Below, piece after piece: positions 19,920-29,573 of a stretch of DNA of 64,000 bases. The notes beneath the pieces are model-generated. The model had not been told where the DNA came from and ran no database searches. It saw nothing but the letters and a program-made list of their open reading frames with translations. Origin of the DNA: an uncultured Chloroflexia bacterium. Its GTDB lineage: Bacteria > Chloroflexota > Limnocylindria > Limnocylindrales > CSP1-4. Each line of letters begins with the position of its first letter. Positions within the stretch are counted from its first letter, which is position 1. The position numbers and the translations under genes are program-made. The stretch lies in the NCBI GenBank assembly GCA_963828165.1, contig CAWHDR010000001.1, forward strand, positions 1,632,001-1,696,000. The letters are read 5' to 3'.

Positions 19920-22556
19920 TCAGCGCAACTTCACCGTGATCGTCGACGTGTCGTTCGCCGGATTCGAGTCAGGCGTGATCGACGTCACGCGAACGGCGTT
20001 CTGAACATTTCCCTTGGCGTTGCCGTTTGTCGCGACGATGGTCGTCGTTGCGGTCGCGCCTGCGGCGAGGGTGCCGATCGGACAGGAGACCTGCCGCGTC
20101 GACGCCGCGAACGTGCAGCCGCCGGACGAGCCGGACGCTGAGAACGACAGCTTCGAGGGCAGCGTGTCGACGACGGCTACATTCGACGCCGCCATCGCAC
20201 CCAGGTTGCGCGTGGTGACTGTGAACGTGACCCGCCCACTTGCGACGGCGGCCGTCTGCGAGACGGCAAGGTCCGTCGTCGCGGCGTACGTCGCGGTGTA
20301 CGTCCGGGCTACGGCAGGAGCGGTGATGTCATGGCTCTGGACTCCGCCATCGGACCATCCCGTCCAGCGGTAGCTGAGTCCCCCGATGGTCTGCGGGGAG
20401 TCGGCCGACATCGAGTTCACCGATCCGACGATCACGCGCCGCGTGAATGGCGCCGCCCCCGTCGCGCCGCCGACCGTGAGGGTCAGTCCGCTCGGGGTGG
20501 TCGCGAATGTCAGATCGACCGTCGCCGGGTGGAGGTCTCGCTCGGCTGTGTGGCTGAGCCCTTGGGCGTCCGTCGCCGTGAGGCGCAGCTTCAGGTGTGA
20601 TGGGTATTGGTGGTCGGGGGCGGTGAACGAGCCCGAAGCGACACCCGAGAAGGTTTGGATCGGGTGCTCGTGACAGTCTTGCGGGCAGTGCATGAGGATG
20701 ACCTGCCACGACAGCCGCGAGGCCGCGAGGTTCCCGTCTTCGGGGTCCGTCGCGTGACCGCCGAAGGCGATGGTCTGGCCGACGGCCCACCCGGTCGTGG
20801 CGCTGTCGATGACCGCCGTCGGCGGGTCGTTACCGACGATGATCGTGGTCGCCGGGCTGACATGGCTGGCGCCCGAAGGATCGGTGACCTGCAGTCTGAC
20901 GCTGACGTTGCCGTCGCTTGAGTAGGTCCGGCTCGTGGTCTCGGTCGATGCATCATCGAAGCCGCCGTCGCCATCGAGGTCCCACGCGTAGGTCAGGACA
21001 TCGCCGTCGGGGTCGCTCGAGCCGCCCCCGTCGAAGGTCACGGCCAGCGGTGCCGGACCGGCCGCCGCGCTGGCCGTGAAGCTCGCAGTCGGCGGCTGGT
21101 TGGAAATGAAGTACTGGATCCGGCGGATCGTGCCGCCGCTGAAGTCGACGTAGAAGAGGTCGCCGGCCGGGCCGATCTCGAGGTGGACGGGATTGGCCGC
21201 AGGGGTTACGAAGTTGGCACGTGATGCCGGGTCCGGAAGGCCGTTGGCGCCGGCCGTCATCACCCATAGGCAATCGCGGCTGTAGTCGGCGAAGAAGAGG
21301 GCCCCGTCGTACTTGTCTGGGTACGCGCCACCGGCGTAGAACGCCATGCCGACGGTGGACGATCCCTGGCCGTTGTTGCAGGCCTCCCCGCTGACGATCG
21401 AATCGCTGTGCCGATACGTGTAATAGGGCGCAACGACTGCCCCGGCGCCGGCTGCGTATAGGTTCTCGCAGAGGTTGAGGTTGAGTGCGTCGTACGAGCC
21501 CTGGCGTCCATTGCCCTCATAACAGGGCCAGCCGAAGTTGTCGGCCGTGGCGTCCGCCGGCGTCACGAGCCGGTTCAGCTCCTCCCAGGTCGACCAGCCC
21601 ACATCGCCGCCCCAGACCTCGTTGGTCCCGGGGCGGATCGTGATGCGGAACGGATTCCGATAGCCGTAGCCGACGATCCGGCGGGCGTTCTGGTTGGAGC
21701 TGTTCGCGAACGGGTTGCCGGGCATGCCGGCGCCCGTGGCCGGGTCCACTCGGAGGACCGATCCGTCGAGTCCCGTCGGGTCGCTCGTCGTCCGGATATC
21801 CTGGCTGCGCAGGGCGCCTCCCTCAGCGGTGGGCGACGTTTGTGCCCCACCGACCGGCGCCGGCGGATCGCCACACGGGTTGAGCGGCGACCCGTCCTGT
21901 CCGTAGTCCGCGAAATTGAAGCTGGCGCCATCACCCCCGCTCACATAGAGGGCGCCGTCGGCCCCGAACGCGAGCGAGCCGATGGAGTGGCTCGGGTACT
22001 GCTGACACCAGTCCTCGATGAGTACTTGCTCGCTGCCGGTCATCGTGTTGCCATTCGCCTGCAGCCGGGACAGTCGGCCGCTGATCACGCAGCCGTCGCC
22101 GGTCGCCGCTGGCGGGCTGGGGCACTGGTCACCCCAGCGAGGTGCCGGCGCCGAGTCGCCGAGGATGTGGTCGTAGCTGTACAGGACGTAGACGAACGGA
22201 TCCGTCGGAAAGCCCGGAGCCAGAGCCATCCCCAGCAGCCCGCGGTCCCAGAAGTCGTGGACGTTAGTCCGGAGGTCGGCGAATACGGTCGGGGATGTGT
22301 CGGACAGCGAATCAAAGACCTTGATGATCCCGCTCTTCTCCGCCACGAAGACGCGACCGTCGGACGCGAAGCGAACGACCGTCGGGGCGTTCAGGCCGCT
22401 GATGACGGTGGTCTCCTGGAAGCCGGTCGGCAGGGCAGCGGCGTTGGCCCGTGGCGGGTTTCCGGCCGTGGAGGCGAACAAGCAGACAGACAGCAGGATC
22501 GCGGCCGCTCGACGGCCGCCCACAGGGAACTCCACGCGCGCGCTCCTTCGGCCCAT
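19920..22556 (-). CDS. Secreted PQQ-dependent sugar dehydrogenase-like (GSDH beta-propeller) protein with PKD and DUF11 domains
   Basis: Signal peptide, DRGLLGMAL, SHSIGSLAFG.DG.LYVSGGDG, GYRNPFR, NFGWPCYEG, PKD SSDPDGD.LTYAWD, C-terminal DSNPAND. Confidence 0.88.
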   Translation of the reverse strand: MGRRSARVEFPVGGRRAAAILLSVCLFASTAGNPPRANAAALPTGFQETTVISGLNAPTVVRFASDGRVFVAEKSGIIKVFDSLSDTSPTVFADLRTNVHDFWDRGLLGMALAPGFPTDPFVYVLYSYDHILGDSAPAPRWGDQCPSPPAATGDGCVISGRLSRLQANGNTMTGSEQVLIEDWCQQYPSHSIGSLAFGADGALYVSGGDGASFNFADYGQDGSPLNPCGDPPAPVGGAQTSPTAEGGALRSQDIRTTSDPTGLDGSVLRVDPATGAGMPGNPFANSSNQNARRIVGYGYRNPFRITIRPGTNEVWGGDVGWSTWEELNRLVTPADATADNFGWPCYEGNGRQGSYDALNLNLCENLYAAGAGAVVAPYYTYRHSDSIVSGEACNNGQGSSTVGMAFYAGGAYPDKYDGALFFADYSRDCLWVMTAGANGLPDPASRANFVTPAANPVHLEIGPAGDLFYVDFSGGTIRRIQYFISNQPPTASFTASAAAGPAPLAVTFDGGGSSDPDGDVLTYAWDLDGDGGFDDASTETTSRTYSSDGNVSVRLQVTDPSGASHVSPATTIIVGNDPPTAVIDSATTGWAVGQTIAFGGHATDPEDGNLAASRLSWQVILMHCPQDCHEHPIQTFSGVASGSFTAPDHQYPSHLKLRLTATDAQGLSHTAERDLHPATVDLTFATTPSGLTLTVGGATGAAPFTRRVIVGSVNSMSADSPQTIGGLSYRWTGWSDGGVQSHDITAPAVARTYTATYAATTDLAVSQTAAVASGRVTFTVTTRNLGAMAASNVAVVDTLPSKLSFSASGSSGGCTFAASTRQVSCPIGTLAAGATATTTIVATNGNAKGNVQNAVRVTSITPDSNPANDTSTITVKLR

Positions 22557-22651
22557 CTCTGTCCGGTCAGTGGCCCCCGCGCGGAAACACCGCGTCCCCG
22601 GCTCCCCTTCGAGCCTGACCGCGAAGGTATCTGCGCTGCCGCCGGAATGTC

Positions 22652-22667
22652 TAGGACCTTCGTACCA
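22652..22667 (-). promoter_or_regulatory. Second copy of the TAGGAC-N4-GTCCTA-type site, upstream of the GSDH gene
   Basis: TAGGACCTTCGTACCA; left half identical to the 17748 site, right half 4/6. Confidence 0.4.
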
Positions 22668-22780
22668 CTAGTGGTGCGTGGACGCAACGGCCCTCGTTTT
22701 CCGGCGCGGTAGGAGCGCTGGAGGCCAATCAAGACAGCCGGATCCAGGAAGCCTGTATGGTTCCCGAGCACGAGATTCGC

Positions 22781-22856
22781 CGGGGAGTGGCGTAGTTGGC
22801 AACGCACGTGCTTTGGGAGCACGAGATCGTGGGTTCGAGTCCCACCTCCCCGACCA
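22781..22856 (+). tRNA. tRNA-Pro (TGG)
   Basis: CGGGGAG/CTCCCCG acceptor stem, CGTGC-TTTGGGA-GCACG anticodon arm, GTTCGAGT T-loop, encoded CCA. Confidence 0.97.
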
Positions 22857-23036
22857 CACCGGCCCAGTGCTGAGGCCGGTCTCGCGTCACGTGCCCACAC
22901 CCCTCCTGTATGTGTCCCGCGCTGTGGACAGGATCGCGGCGGTAGGCTACCTTGCGCACAGATGACAAGGTGCCTTGCGTCATTGACCCATGGGCACCTG
23001 TCGAACTGCCAGCTGTGACGCAGAAGGAATCATCCA

Positions 23037-24152
23037 ATGATCGATCGGTCCATCCGGCGGGCGCGCGGCCTGACGGGCATCCTCGTTGCGACGGCGCTCG
23101 TCGCCAGTGCCTGTAGTGCCGCCGGCACCGGGGCCTCCTCGAGCCCGCCCCTCGCGGCGTCTCCGTCGGCAGCGACGTCCGTCGCGCCGCAGCCCAGCGC
23201 GACCCCGAGCTCCGAACCGATCGGCGGCAGCATCACGATCTACAACGCGCAGCACGAATCCCTCACGCAGGCCTGGGTGGACGAGTTCACGAAGCAGACC
23301 GGCGTGCAGGTGACGCTGCGGAACGGCGATGACTCCGAGCTCGGCAACCTGCTCGTGCAGGAAGGTGCCGCGTCGCCGGCCGATGTGTTCCTGACCGAGA
23401 ACTCCCCGGCCATGGCCCTCGTGGAGAACGCGGGGCTGTTGGCCCCCATCGACCAGGGAACGCTGGACCAGGTCCCACCCGCGTATCGACCATCGACCGG
23501 CGCCTGGACCGGGATCGCGGCGCGATCAACGGTCTTCGCGTACAACGAGGCGGAACTTCCCGCCGATCAGCTCCCGGCATCGATCATGGATCTCCAGGAT
23601 CCGGCGTGGAAGGGCCGCTGGGCCGCATCACCCGGCGGCGCCGACTTCCAGGCCATCGTCAGCGCGATGCTGGCGCTCGAGGGCGCCGAGGCCACCGAGG
23701 CATGGCTCGAGGGGATGAAGACGACCTTCACGGCCTATCAAGGCAATCGGACCGTGATGGCCGCGGTGAACTCCGGGGAGATCCCTGCGGGCGTCATCTA
23801 TCACTACTACTGGTTCGGCGACCAGGCCAACACCGGCGAGAACAGCCAGAACGTGACGCTTCACTACTTCAAGAACCAGGACCCGGGCGCGTTCGTGAGC
23901 GTCTCTGGCGGCGGGGTCCTGCAGTCGAGCAAGAATGCGGCCGCGGCGCAGGCCTTCCTGCACTTCGTCACCGGCGTCGACGGCCAGACGATCCTCCAGA
24001 CGGGCGACTCCTTCGAGTACGCGATCGCCAGCGACGTGGCCGCGAACCCGGCGCTCGTGCCGCTCGACGACCTGGAGGCGCCGACCATCGATCCGTCCAC
24101 TCTCGACAGCAAGGAGGTCACCGACCTCATGACCCGGGCCGGACTCCTTTGA
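23037..24152 (+). CDS. Fe3+ ABC transporter substrate-binding lipoprotein (FutA/AfuA/FbpA-like)
   Basis: Lipobox VASAC, YNAQH, SPADVFLTENSP, IYHYYW iron-ligand tyrosines, SFEY. Confidence 0.92.
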   Translation: MIDRSIRRARGLTGILVATALVASACSAAGTGASSSPPLAASPSAATSVAPQPSATPSSEPIGGSITIYNAQHESLTQAWVDEFTKQTGVQVTLRNGDDSELGNLLVQEGAASPADVFLTENSPAMALVENAGLLAPIDQGTLDQVPPAYRPSTGAWTGIAARSTVFAYNEAELPADQLPASIMDLQDPAWKGRWAASPGGADFQAIVSAMLALEGAEATEAWLEGMKTTFTAYQGNRTVMAAVNSGEIPAGVIYHYYWFGDQANTGENSQNVTLHYFKNQDPGAFVSVSGGGVLQSSKNAAAAQAFLHFVTGVDGQTILQTGDSFEYAIASDVAANPALVPLDDLEAPTIDPSTLDSKEVTDLMTRAGLL

Positions 24153-24197
24153 GTCCTCCGCGCATCGCGTCTCGGCGGGCTACGCCACGATAGACGC

Positions 24198-25757
24198 GTG
24201 CGGGCGATGCTGATCCGACCGGGAGGAGCGCCACGGGCGCATCTCCCGGTCATGCTTCTGATCCCCGCCGCCGCGGTCTCGGCGGCCGCATTGATCCCGC
24301 TGCTCTACGTGGTCCTCGTCACGGTGCAGACCGGATGGGCGACCTTCGTCGAGCTGACCTTCCGTCCGCGGGTGCTCGAGCTCCTCGTGAACACCATCGG
24401 GCTGCTCGTCCTGGCCACGCCCGCCTGCGTGGCGCTCGGCGTCGGGGCCGCGTGGCTGGTCGAGCGAACGCAGCTGCCAGGTCGTCGGGCGTGGGCGGTC
24501 CTGCTCGCCGCGCCCCTGGTGATCCCCGCCTTCGTCACGGGTTACGGCTGGGTCAGTGTCGTCCCATCGATGTCGGGCCTGCCGGCCGGTGTCCTGATCG
24601 CCACGCTGGCCTACTTCCCGCTCGTCTACCTCCCGGTCGTGGCGGCGCTGCGGCGTCTCGATCCCGCGCTGGAGGAAGTCGGCGCCAGCCTCGGTCAGAG
24701 TCCGGCCCAGGTGTTTCGGCGCGTGGTCCTGCCGCAGTTGCGGCTCCCGATCCTGGGCGGATCGCTCCTCGTCGGGCTGCACCTGCTTGCCGAGTACGGC
24801 GCCTTCGCGATCGTGCGCTTCGAGACGTTCACGACCGCGATCATCCAGCAGTACCGATCCACCTTCAACGGTCCGGCCGCCGCGTCGCTGGCTGGGGTGC
24901 TGGTGGTCTGCTGCCTGTCGCTCCTCCTCGTTGAAAATGTCGCCCGCGGCGGGAGCCGGTACGCACGGATCGGGTCCGGTGCCGCCCGGCCCCAGCGTCG
25001 TGCACGGTTAGGACGCATGGCCCTGCCGGCGGCGGCCGGGGCTGCGCTGCTGGTCGGGCTCGCGGTCGGCGTGCCCATGATGAGCATCGCCCGCTGGCTG
25101 GGTCGGGGCGGCATGGCCGTGTGGGGGGACGATCGCCTCGTCCAGGCGCTGACCCAGACCACGATCCTCGCCGCGACCGGCGCGTTCATCACGGTCGTCC
25201 TCGCCGTGCCCACGGCCTGGCTCGTCGTGCGGTTCGGCTCCCGGATCAGCCGCGCGCTGGAGGCGACCAACTACGTGACGAGCGCCCTGCCGGGGATCGT
25301 CGTCGCGCTGGCCCTCGCGACGGTCACCATCCGGCTGGCGCAACCGCTCTACCAGACGGTCGTGGTCCTGCTGCTGGCCTACGTCCTGTTGTTCATGCCC
25401 CGCGCGTTGATCAACCTTCGCTCTGGGATCGCGCAGGTCCCCGTCGGACTCGAAGAGGTCGCGCAGTCGCTGGGCAAGCCGCCCGTGAGCGCCTTCCTCC
25501 GCGTGACCGGACGACTCGCGGCCCCGTCCGCGCTGGCGGGCGCCGCCCTGGTCTTCCTCGGCATCGTCAACGAGCTGACCGCCACGCTCCTCCTCGGCCC
25601 GAACGGGACGCGGACCATGGCCACGCAGTTCTGGAGCCACGTCAACGACCTGGACTACGCGAGTGCGGCGCCCTACGCGTTCCTCATGGTCCTGCTGTCG
25701 ATCCCCATGGTGTCCGTGCTCTTTCGCGCATCGCAGGGTTCGATCGCCCATGGCTAG
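24198..25757 (+). CDS. Fe3+ ABC transporter permease
   Basis: Two ABC-TM domains with EAA loops ([18 protein letters not shown]), [14 protein letters not shown]. Confidence 0.92.
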   Translation: MRAMLIRPGGAPRAHLPVMLLIPAAAVSAAALIPLLYVVLVTVQTGWATFVELTFRPRVLELLVNTIGLLVLATPACVALGVGAAWLVERTQLPGRRAWAVLLAAPLVIPAFVTGYGWVSVVPSMSGLPAGVLIATLAYFPLVYLPVVAALRRLDPALEEVGASLGQSPAQVFRRVVLPQLRLPILGGSLLVGLHLLAEYGAFAIVRFETFTTAIIQQYRSTFNGPAAASLAGVLVVCCLSLLLVENVARGGSRYARIGSGAARPQRRARLGRMALPAAAGAALLVGLAVGVPMMSIARWLGRGGMAVWGDDRLVQALTQTTILAATGAFITVVLAVPTAWLVVRFGSRISRALEATNYVTSALPGIVVALALATVTIRLAQPLYQTVVVLLLAYVLLFMPRALINLRSGIAQVPVGLEEVAQSLGKPPVSAFLRVTGRLAAPSALAGAALVFLGIVNELTATLLLGPNGTRTMATQFWSHVNDLDYASAAPYAFLMVLLSIPMVSVLFRASQGSIAHG

Positions 25758-26421
25758 CGTCGTGCTCGACGGCGTCTCGAAGGCCTTCGGCGCGGTTCGC
25801 GTCCTGGATCAGCTCGACCTCAGGGTCGACGATGGTCGGACCGTCGCGATCGTCGGGCCGTCGGGATGCGGCAAGACCACGGTGCTGCGTCTGATCGGTG
25901 GCTTCGATGCACCCGACGCCGGCTCGATCGCGATCGGCGAGATCACGGTGAGCGGCAGCGCCTGGGTGCCCGCGCATCGGCGGGGCATCGGCTACGTGCC
26001 ACAGGACGGAGGCCTCTTCCCCCATCTCACCGTCGCCCAGAACGTGACCTTCGGGCTGGATGGGCGAGCGGCCACGCCCGACCGGCTACGGGAGCTGCTC
26101 GACCTCGTGTCGCTCGAGCCGCACCTGGCCGACCGGCGACCCGACCAGCTGTCGGGAGGCCAGCAGCAGCGTGTCGCCCTCGCCCGAGCCGTCGCGAACC
26201 GCCCACACGTCGTCTTGCTCGACGAGCCGTTCAGCGCGCTCGATGCGGACCTGCGTGGCGAGACGCGAGACGGCGTCCGCCGCCTGCTCGACGCGACCGG
26301 GATCACGGCCGTCGTGGTGACGCACGACCGGCAGGACGCGATGGACTTCGCGGACCAGGTCGCGGTCATGGAGGATGGCCGGATCGCGAGGATGGGCGCG
26401 CCGGGCGTCGTCTACGGCTAG
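25750..26421 (+). CDS. Fe3+ ABC transporter ATP-binding protein (short, no TOBE domain)
   Basis: [37 protein letters not shown]. Confidence 0.92.
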   Translation: MASVVLDGVSKAFGAVRVLDQLDLRVDDGRTVAIVGPSGCGKTTVLRLIGGFDAPDAGSIAIGEITVSGSAWVPAHRRGIGYVPQDGGLFPHLTVAQNVTFGLDGRAATPDRLRELLDLVSLEPHLADRRPDQLSGGQQQRVALARAVANRPHVVLLDEPFSALDADLRGETRDGVRRLLDATGITAVVVTHDRQDAMDFADQVAVMEDGRIARMGAPGVVYG

Positions 26422-26459
26422 CGAGGCGAGCGAGGCCTGCGAGGCCCCGGACCATTCGG

Positions 26460-27080
26460 TCACGCCGGCATGAGCGCCGTGGCGAGCGCGAGCACCGCGA
26501 ACGCCCCGATCAGCAAGCCCGACGCGATGTTGATCCGTCGCAGCCAGATCCGCGTCAGCCGCGAGCGCAACGCACCGACGGCGGTCACGAGGACGACCCA
26601 CCACGCGGCCGATCCCAGGAACACGCCGATCGTCAGCGACGCGGCGCCGGCGGCGTCGCCGCCGCTGATCCCGAGACCCACGAACAGCGCCCCGAACGAC
26701 AGGATCGTCATCGGGTTCGTGAGGGTGAGCGCGAGGGTGGACAGGTACGCGCCGGGCAACCCCCGGCGGCGCGCCGCCGCCGTCGCGGCTTCGCCTGGTT
26801 CGGCACGGAACGTCCGCCAGGCAAGCCACAGCAGGAAGGAGCCGCCAACGAGCCCGAGTGCCCGTCGCCAGTCGACGAGGACGTCCGTGATCGCGGTCAG
26901 CCCGAACGCTGCGATCGCCCCGTACGTCGCATCGGCCGTGGCGACGCCGAGCCCGGATGTCAACCCAACGATGCGGCCCTCCGCCAGCGTTCGCCGGATG
27001 CACAGCAGGCTGATCGGCCCGACCGCGGCCGCGATCGTGAAACCGAGCACGAGTCCCCGTGCCAGGAGCGTCGGATCCAT
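26460..27080 (-). CDS. LysE/RhtB family amino-acid exporter
   Basis: GFTIAAAVGPISLLCIRRTL, GLGVATADA.YG, LTLTNPMTIL, GVFLGSAAWW; SD GGAGG before ATG 27080. Confidence 0.92.
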   Translation of the reverse strand: MDPTLLARGLVLGFTIAAAVGPISLLCIRRTLAEGRIVGLTSGLGVATADATYGAIAAFGLTAITDVLVDWRRALGLVGGSFLLWLAWRTFRAEPGEAATAAARRRGLPGAYLSTLALTLTNPMTILSFGALFVGLGISGGDAAGAASLTIGVFLGSAAWWVVLVTAVGALRSRLTRIWLRRINIASGLLIGAFAVLALATALMPA

Positions 27081-27097
27081 GGGAGATGCCTCCAGAT

Positions 27098-27131
27098 ACA
27101 CAAAACACCCTCGGCGTCGTGCCGAGGGTGT
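27098..27131 (-). terminator. Intrinsic terminator inside the lysE leader
   Basis: Minus strand ACACCCTCGGC-ACGAC-GCCGAGGGTGT followed by TTTGTGT, just upstream of the lysE SD. Confidence 0.75.
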
Positions 27132-27171
27132 CCTCTCAGTCGGTGGTCGGCGCCCTCGCGGGCGCGGCGCA

Positions 27172-27240
27172 TCAGTTCGAGCAGGCCCTCGCGGGCCGCT
27201 GCTGCGTCGTGGTCGCGCGGCGGGAGTCGGTGGCGGCCAT
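27172..27240 (-). CDS. Putative leader peptide MAATDSRRATTTQQRPARACSN
   Basis: 22-aa uORF between the promoter and the terminator; contains RR and TTT codon runs. Confidence 0.4.
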   Translation of the reverse strand: MAATDSRRATTTQQRPARACSN

Positions 27241-27250
27241 GTCGTCGCGC

Positions 27251-27280
27251 AGGGTGGCGGATTCGGGCTGGCGCTGTCAA
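27251..27280 (-). promoter_or_regulatory. Sigma70-type promoter for the lysE leader
   Basis: TTGACA (27275-27280) - 18 bp - CACCCT (27251-27256). Confidence 0.55.
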
Positions 27281-27353
27281 CTCCTGGTTGCGAAGATGGC
27301 AGGGTCCGGCGCGTCTCACTGCTCGAACGCCGGTCCGCCTCGAATGGAGACCG

Positions 27354-27800
27354 ATGATGAACGCGTTCGAGCCACTGATCGGCGAATGGCACGGCGAAGG
27401 CGTACTCCCGCTCGATCCTCCGATGAAGATGTCCGCGGAGACCACGGTCGAACGTCTGGGCGAGTTCGTCGTGCTCCGCTCGAGGGGCCAGCCCGCGGAC
27501 CTGCCGGACAGCGTCTCGATCATCGGCGGCGCACCCGAGGGCGAGCCGCAGCCGATGCACTACTTCGACGATCGCGGCGTCAAGCGGCTGTTCCTGATGG
27601 CCCTCGACGGCTCCACCTGGAAGATCTGGCGAGCCCCAGGCGAGGATTGGAACGGCCCCGATGGCCCCGGCTTCAACCAGCGGTACATCGGCGAGATCTC
27701 GGCTGACGGCACCACGATCAAAGGCCGCTGGGAGCGCGCCACGGGCGACGCCGGCGATCAGTGGGAGATCGACTTCCCGTTCGACTACGTCCGTAAGTAA
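27354..27800 (+). CDS. Hypothetical protein (beta-barrel, DUF1579-like)
   Basis: LIGEWHGEG, MHYFDDRGVKR, IKGRWER, WEIDFPFDY; SD GGAG. Confidence 0.7.
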   Translation: MMNAFEPLIGEWHGEGVLPLDPPMKMSAETTVERLGEFVVLRSRGQPADLPDSVSIIGGAPEGEPQPMHYFDDRGVKRLFLMALDGSTWKIWRAPGEDWNGPDGPGFNQRYIGEISADGTTIKGRWERATGDAGDQWEIDFPFDYVRK

Positions 27801-28210
27801 CGCGCCACGGGCCTGGCCGTGGTCGGACGCCGCCGACGCGCTGCGTTTCGTCCACCGGGACGTCTCCAAGCACGGCACGAAGGCGTCGGGGCACATCCTT
27901 CGGATCTGGGGCAGACTTGTCGTCGGAGCGACACCCCACGGATGACCGGGATCGTCCGTCGCCGCTCCGCTATCAGCCGGTCGCGGACTTCCCCCGATCC
28001 ACGGCCGGACACCGGAGACCCGACTCGCGCGTCACTCGTCGACCCCCTGATGTCGATGGGCTGTGGGTCAACTCCCGGGTGCGCTCCTGGCAGCCAGGAA
28101 CGCGGGGTCGCCCGCGCCAACAACCCCCGTGCATCGACGGCGGCACTCGTCACATCCGTACCGGGCCGTCACCCGGTCACGACTGCTGCCCGCCCCAGCA
28201 GGAGGCCCAC

Positions 28211-29512
28211 ATGGCACGACCGCTCCCCGCATCCCGATCCGTCGCGAGTCGCCGGGTACGCCAGCCCCGGCGCTCGGGGTTCTTCGTCCGGCTGCTACTG
28301 GCGGCCGCCCTCGCCGTTCCCGTCAGCGCTGGCCTGACGATGACCGGCGTCCAGAGCACCGCCGCCGCTGGCTGCATCGCCATCCAGTACGCCCGGTTCG
28401 ACGCGCCCGGCAACGACGCCACCAACCTGAACGGCGAGTACGTCGTGGTAACGAACAAGTGCTCGACCCTGATCGGTGTCGGCGGATGGCGGGTGCGCGA
28501 CAAGGCCGGCAACGCCTACCGCTTTGCGTCCGGCGTCCGGATGGGGAAGGGATCCATCTACGTTCACTCCGGCAAGGGCACCAACCGCCCCGGTCATCGC
28601 TACTGGGGCCGCACGACCCCGGTCTGGAACAACACGGGTGAAGTGGCCCATCTGCTCAACGCAAGCGGCACGCGTGTCTCCACGTGGCCAAGGGTGACGT
28701 CCACCCCGACGCCGACCCCAACGACCAACCCGTGGTCAACGGCCTTCGGCACACGGCCGCGCTCGGGCGCGATCACCCTGACCGACTGCCGCGATCGCGT
28801 GATCTCGAACCGGACGTTCAGGGACCTGGGCGCCAACGTCATCGCCATCAAGCTGGTCCGGTGCCACAACGTCACGATCAAGGCGGTGGACTTCCTGAAC
28901 GTGGCCGAAGGCGTGTTCGCCGTCGATTCGACGAACATCCGCGTCATCGACTCGCGCTACAAGAACATCATCGGACCCCACGAGCGAGTCGGCCTGAATC
29001 GCGCCAACTTCGTGCAGTTCGACCACGTCACCGGTGGCCTCATCGACCACAACAAGGGCATCGGTGGGGACACCGAGGATGTGGTCTCGCTCCACGCCTC
29101 GAGCAACGTCATCGTCGAGGACAATCACTTCGAGGGGACGAACTGGGAGTCCAGGTCCAGCTCCGGGATCGCCATCGGTGACGGCGGCGGCTCGGGCAAC
29201 ATCGCCCGACGGAACAAGCTCGTGAACATCGGCCAGGTCGGCGCGTTCATCGCCGGCGGGACGAACAACAAGATCCTCGACAACGTCATCTTTGGCGCGC
29301 AACGCCCAGCATCGAATGTCGGGATCTACGTCGCCGACTTCTCCGACGGTCCGTGCTCCGGCCACACCGTGTCCGGCAACCGGGTCCGGTTCCGCAACGA
29401 GGACGGGGTCCTCAACGGCTACTGGCAGGGCAGTGGCTGCGGGACGGTGACCCGATCCAACAACGATTGGGCGGCGCCGCTGGTCCTGTCCAGCCTGCAC
29501 GTCTCTCTCTGA
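28211..29512 (+). CDS. Secreted protein with a lamin-tail domain and a right-handed parallel beta-helix
   Basis: Signal peptide, DAPGND..NLNGEYV..GW.V.D..VWNNTG (LTD), Pro/Thr linker, Asn-ladder repeats; SD AGGAGG. Confidence 0.82.
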   Translation: MARPLPASRSVASRRVRQPRRSGFFVRLLLAAALAVPVSAGLTMTGVQSTAAAGCIAIQYARFDAPGNDATNLNGEYVVVTNKCSTLIGVGGWRVRDKAGNAYRFASGVRMGKGSIYVHSGKGTNRPGHRYWGRTTPVWNNTGEVAHLLNASGTRVSTWPRVTSTPTPTPTTNPWSTAFGTRPRSGAITLTDCRDRVISNRTFRDLGANVIAIKLVRCHNVTIKAVDFLNVAEGVFAVDSTNIRVIDSRYKNIIGPHERVGLNRANFVQFDHVTGGLIDHNKGIGGDTEDVVSLHASSNVIVEDNHFEGTNWESRSSSGIAIGDGGGSGNIARRNKLVNIGQVGAFIAGGTNNKILDNVIFGAQRPASNVGIYVADFSDGPCSGHTVSGNRVRFRNEDGVLNGYWQGSGCGTVTRSNNDWAAPLVLSSLHVSL

Positions 29513-29527
29513 TCGACGGCCCAGCCG

Positions 29528-29551
29528 CGAGCCCATCCGATGGTGGGCTCG
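29528..29551 (+). terminator. Hairpin after the LTD/beta-helix gene
   Basis: CGAGCCCA...TGGGCTCG inverted repeat. Confidence 0.5.
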
Positions 29552-29573
29552 TAGGGCTGGGTATGATGGGCCC

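Noticed and set aside
22937-22955. DtxR/IdeR iron box upstream of the Fe3+ ABC operon (GGTAGGCTACC)
   Set aside because: Only about 10/19 match to the consensus; TAGGCT may simply be a -10 element
22856-29520. Genomic island integrated at tRNA-Pro(TGG), or at tRNA-Pro(CGG) at 62958
   Set aside because: No integrase, no duplicated tRNA 3' end seen and no clear compositional shift
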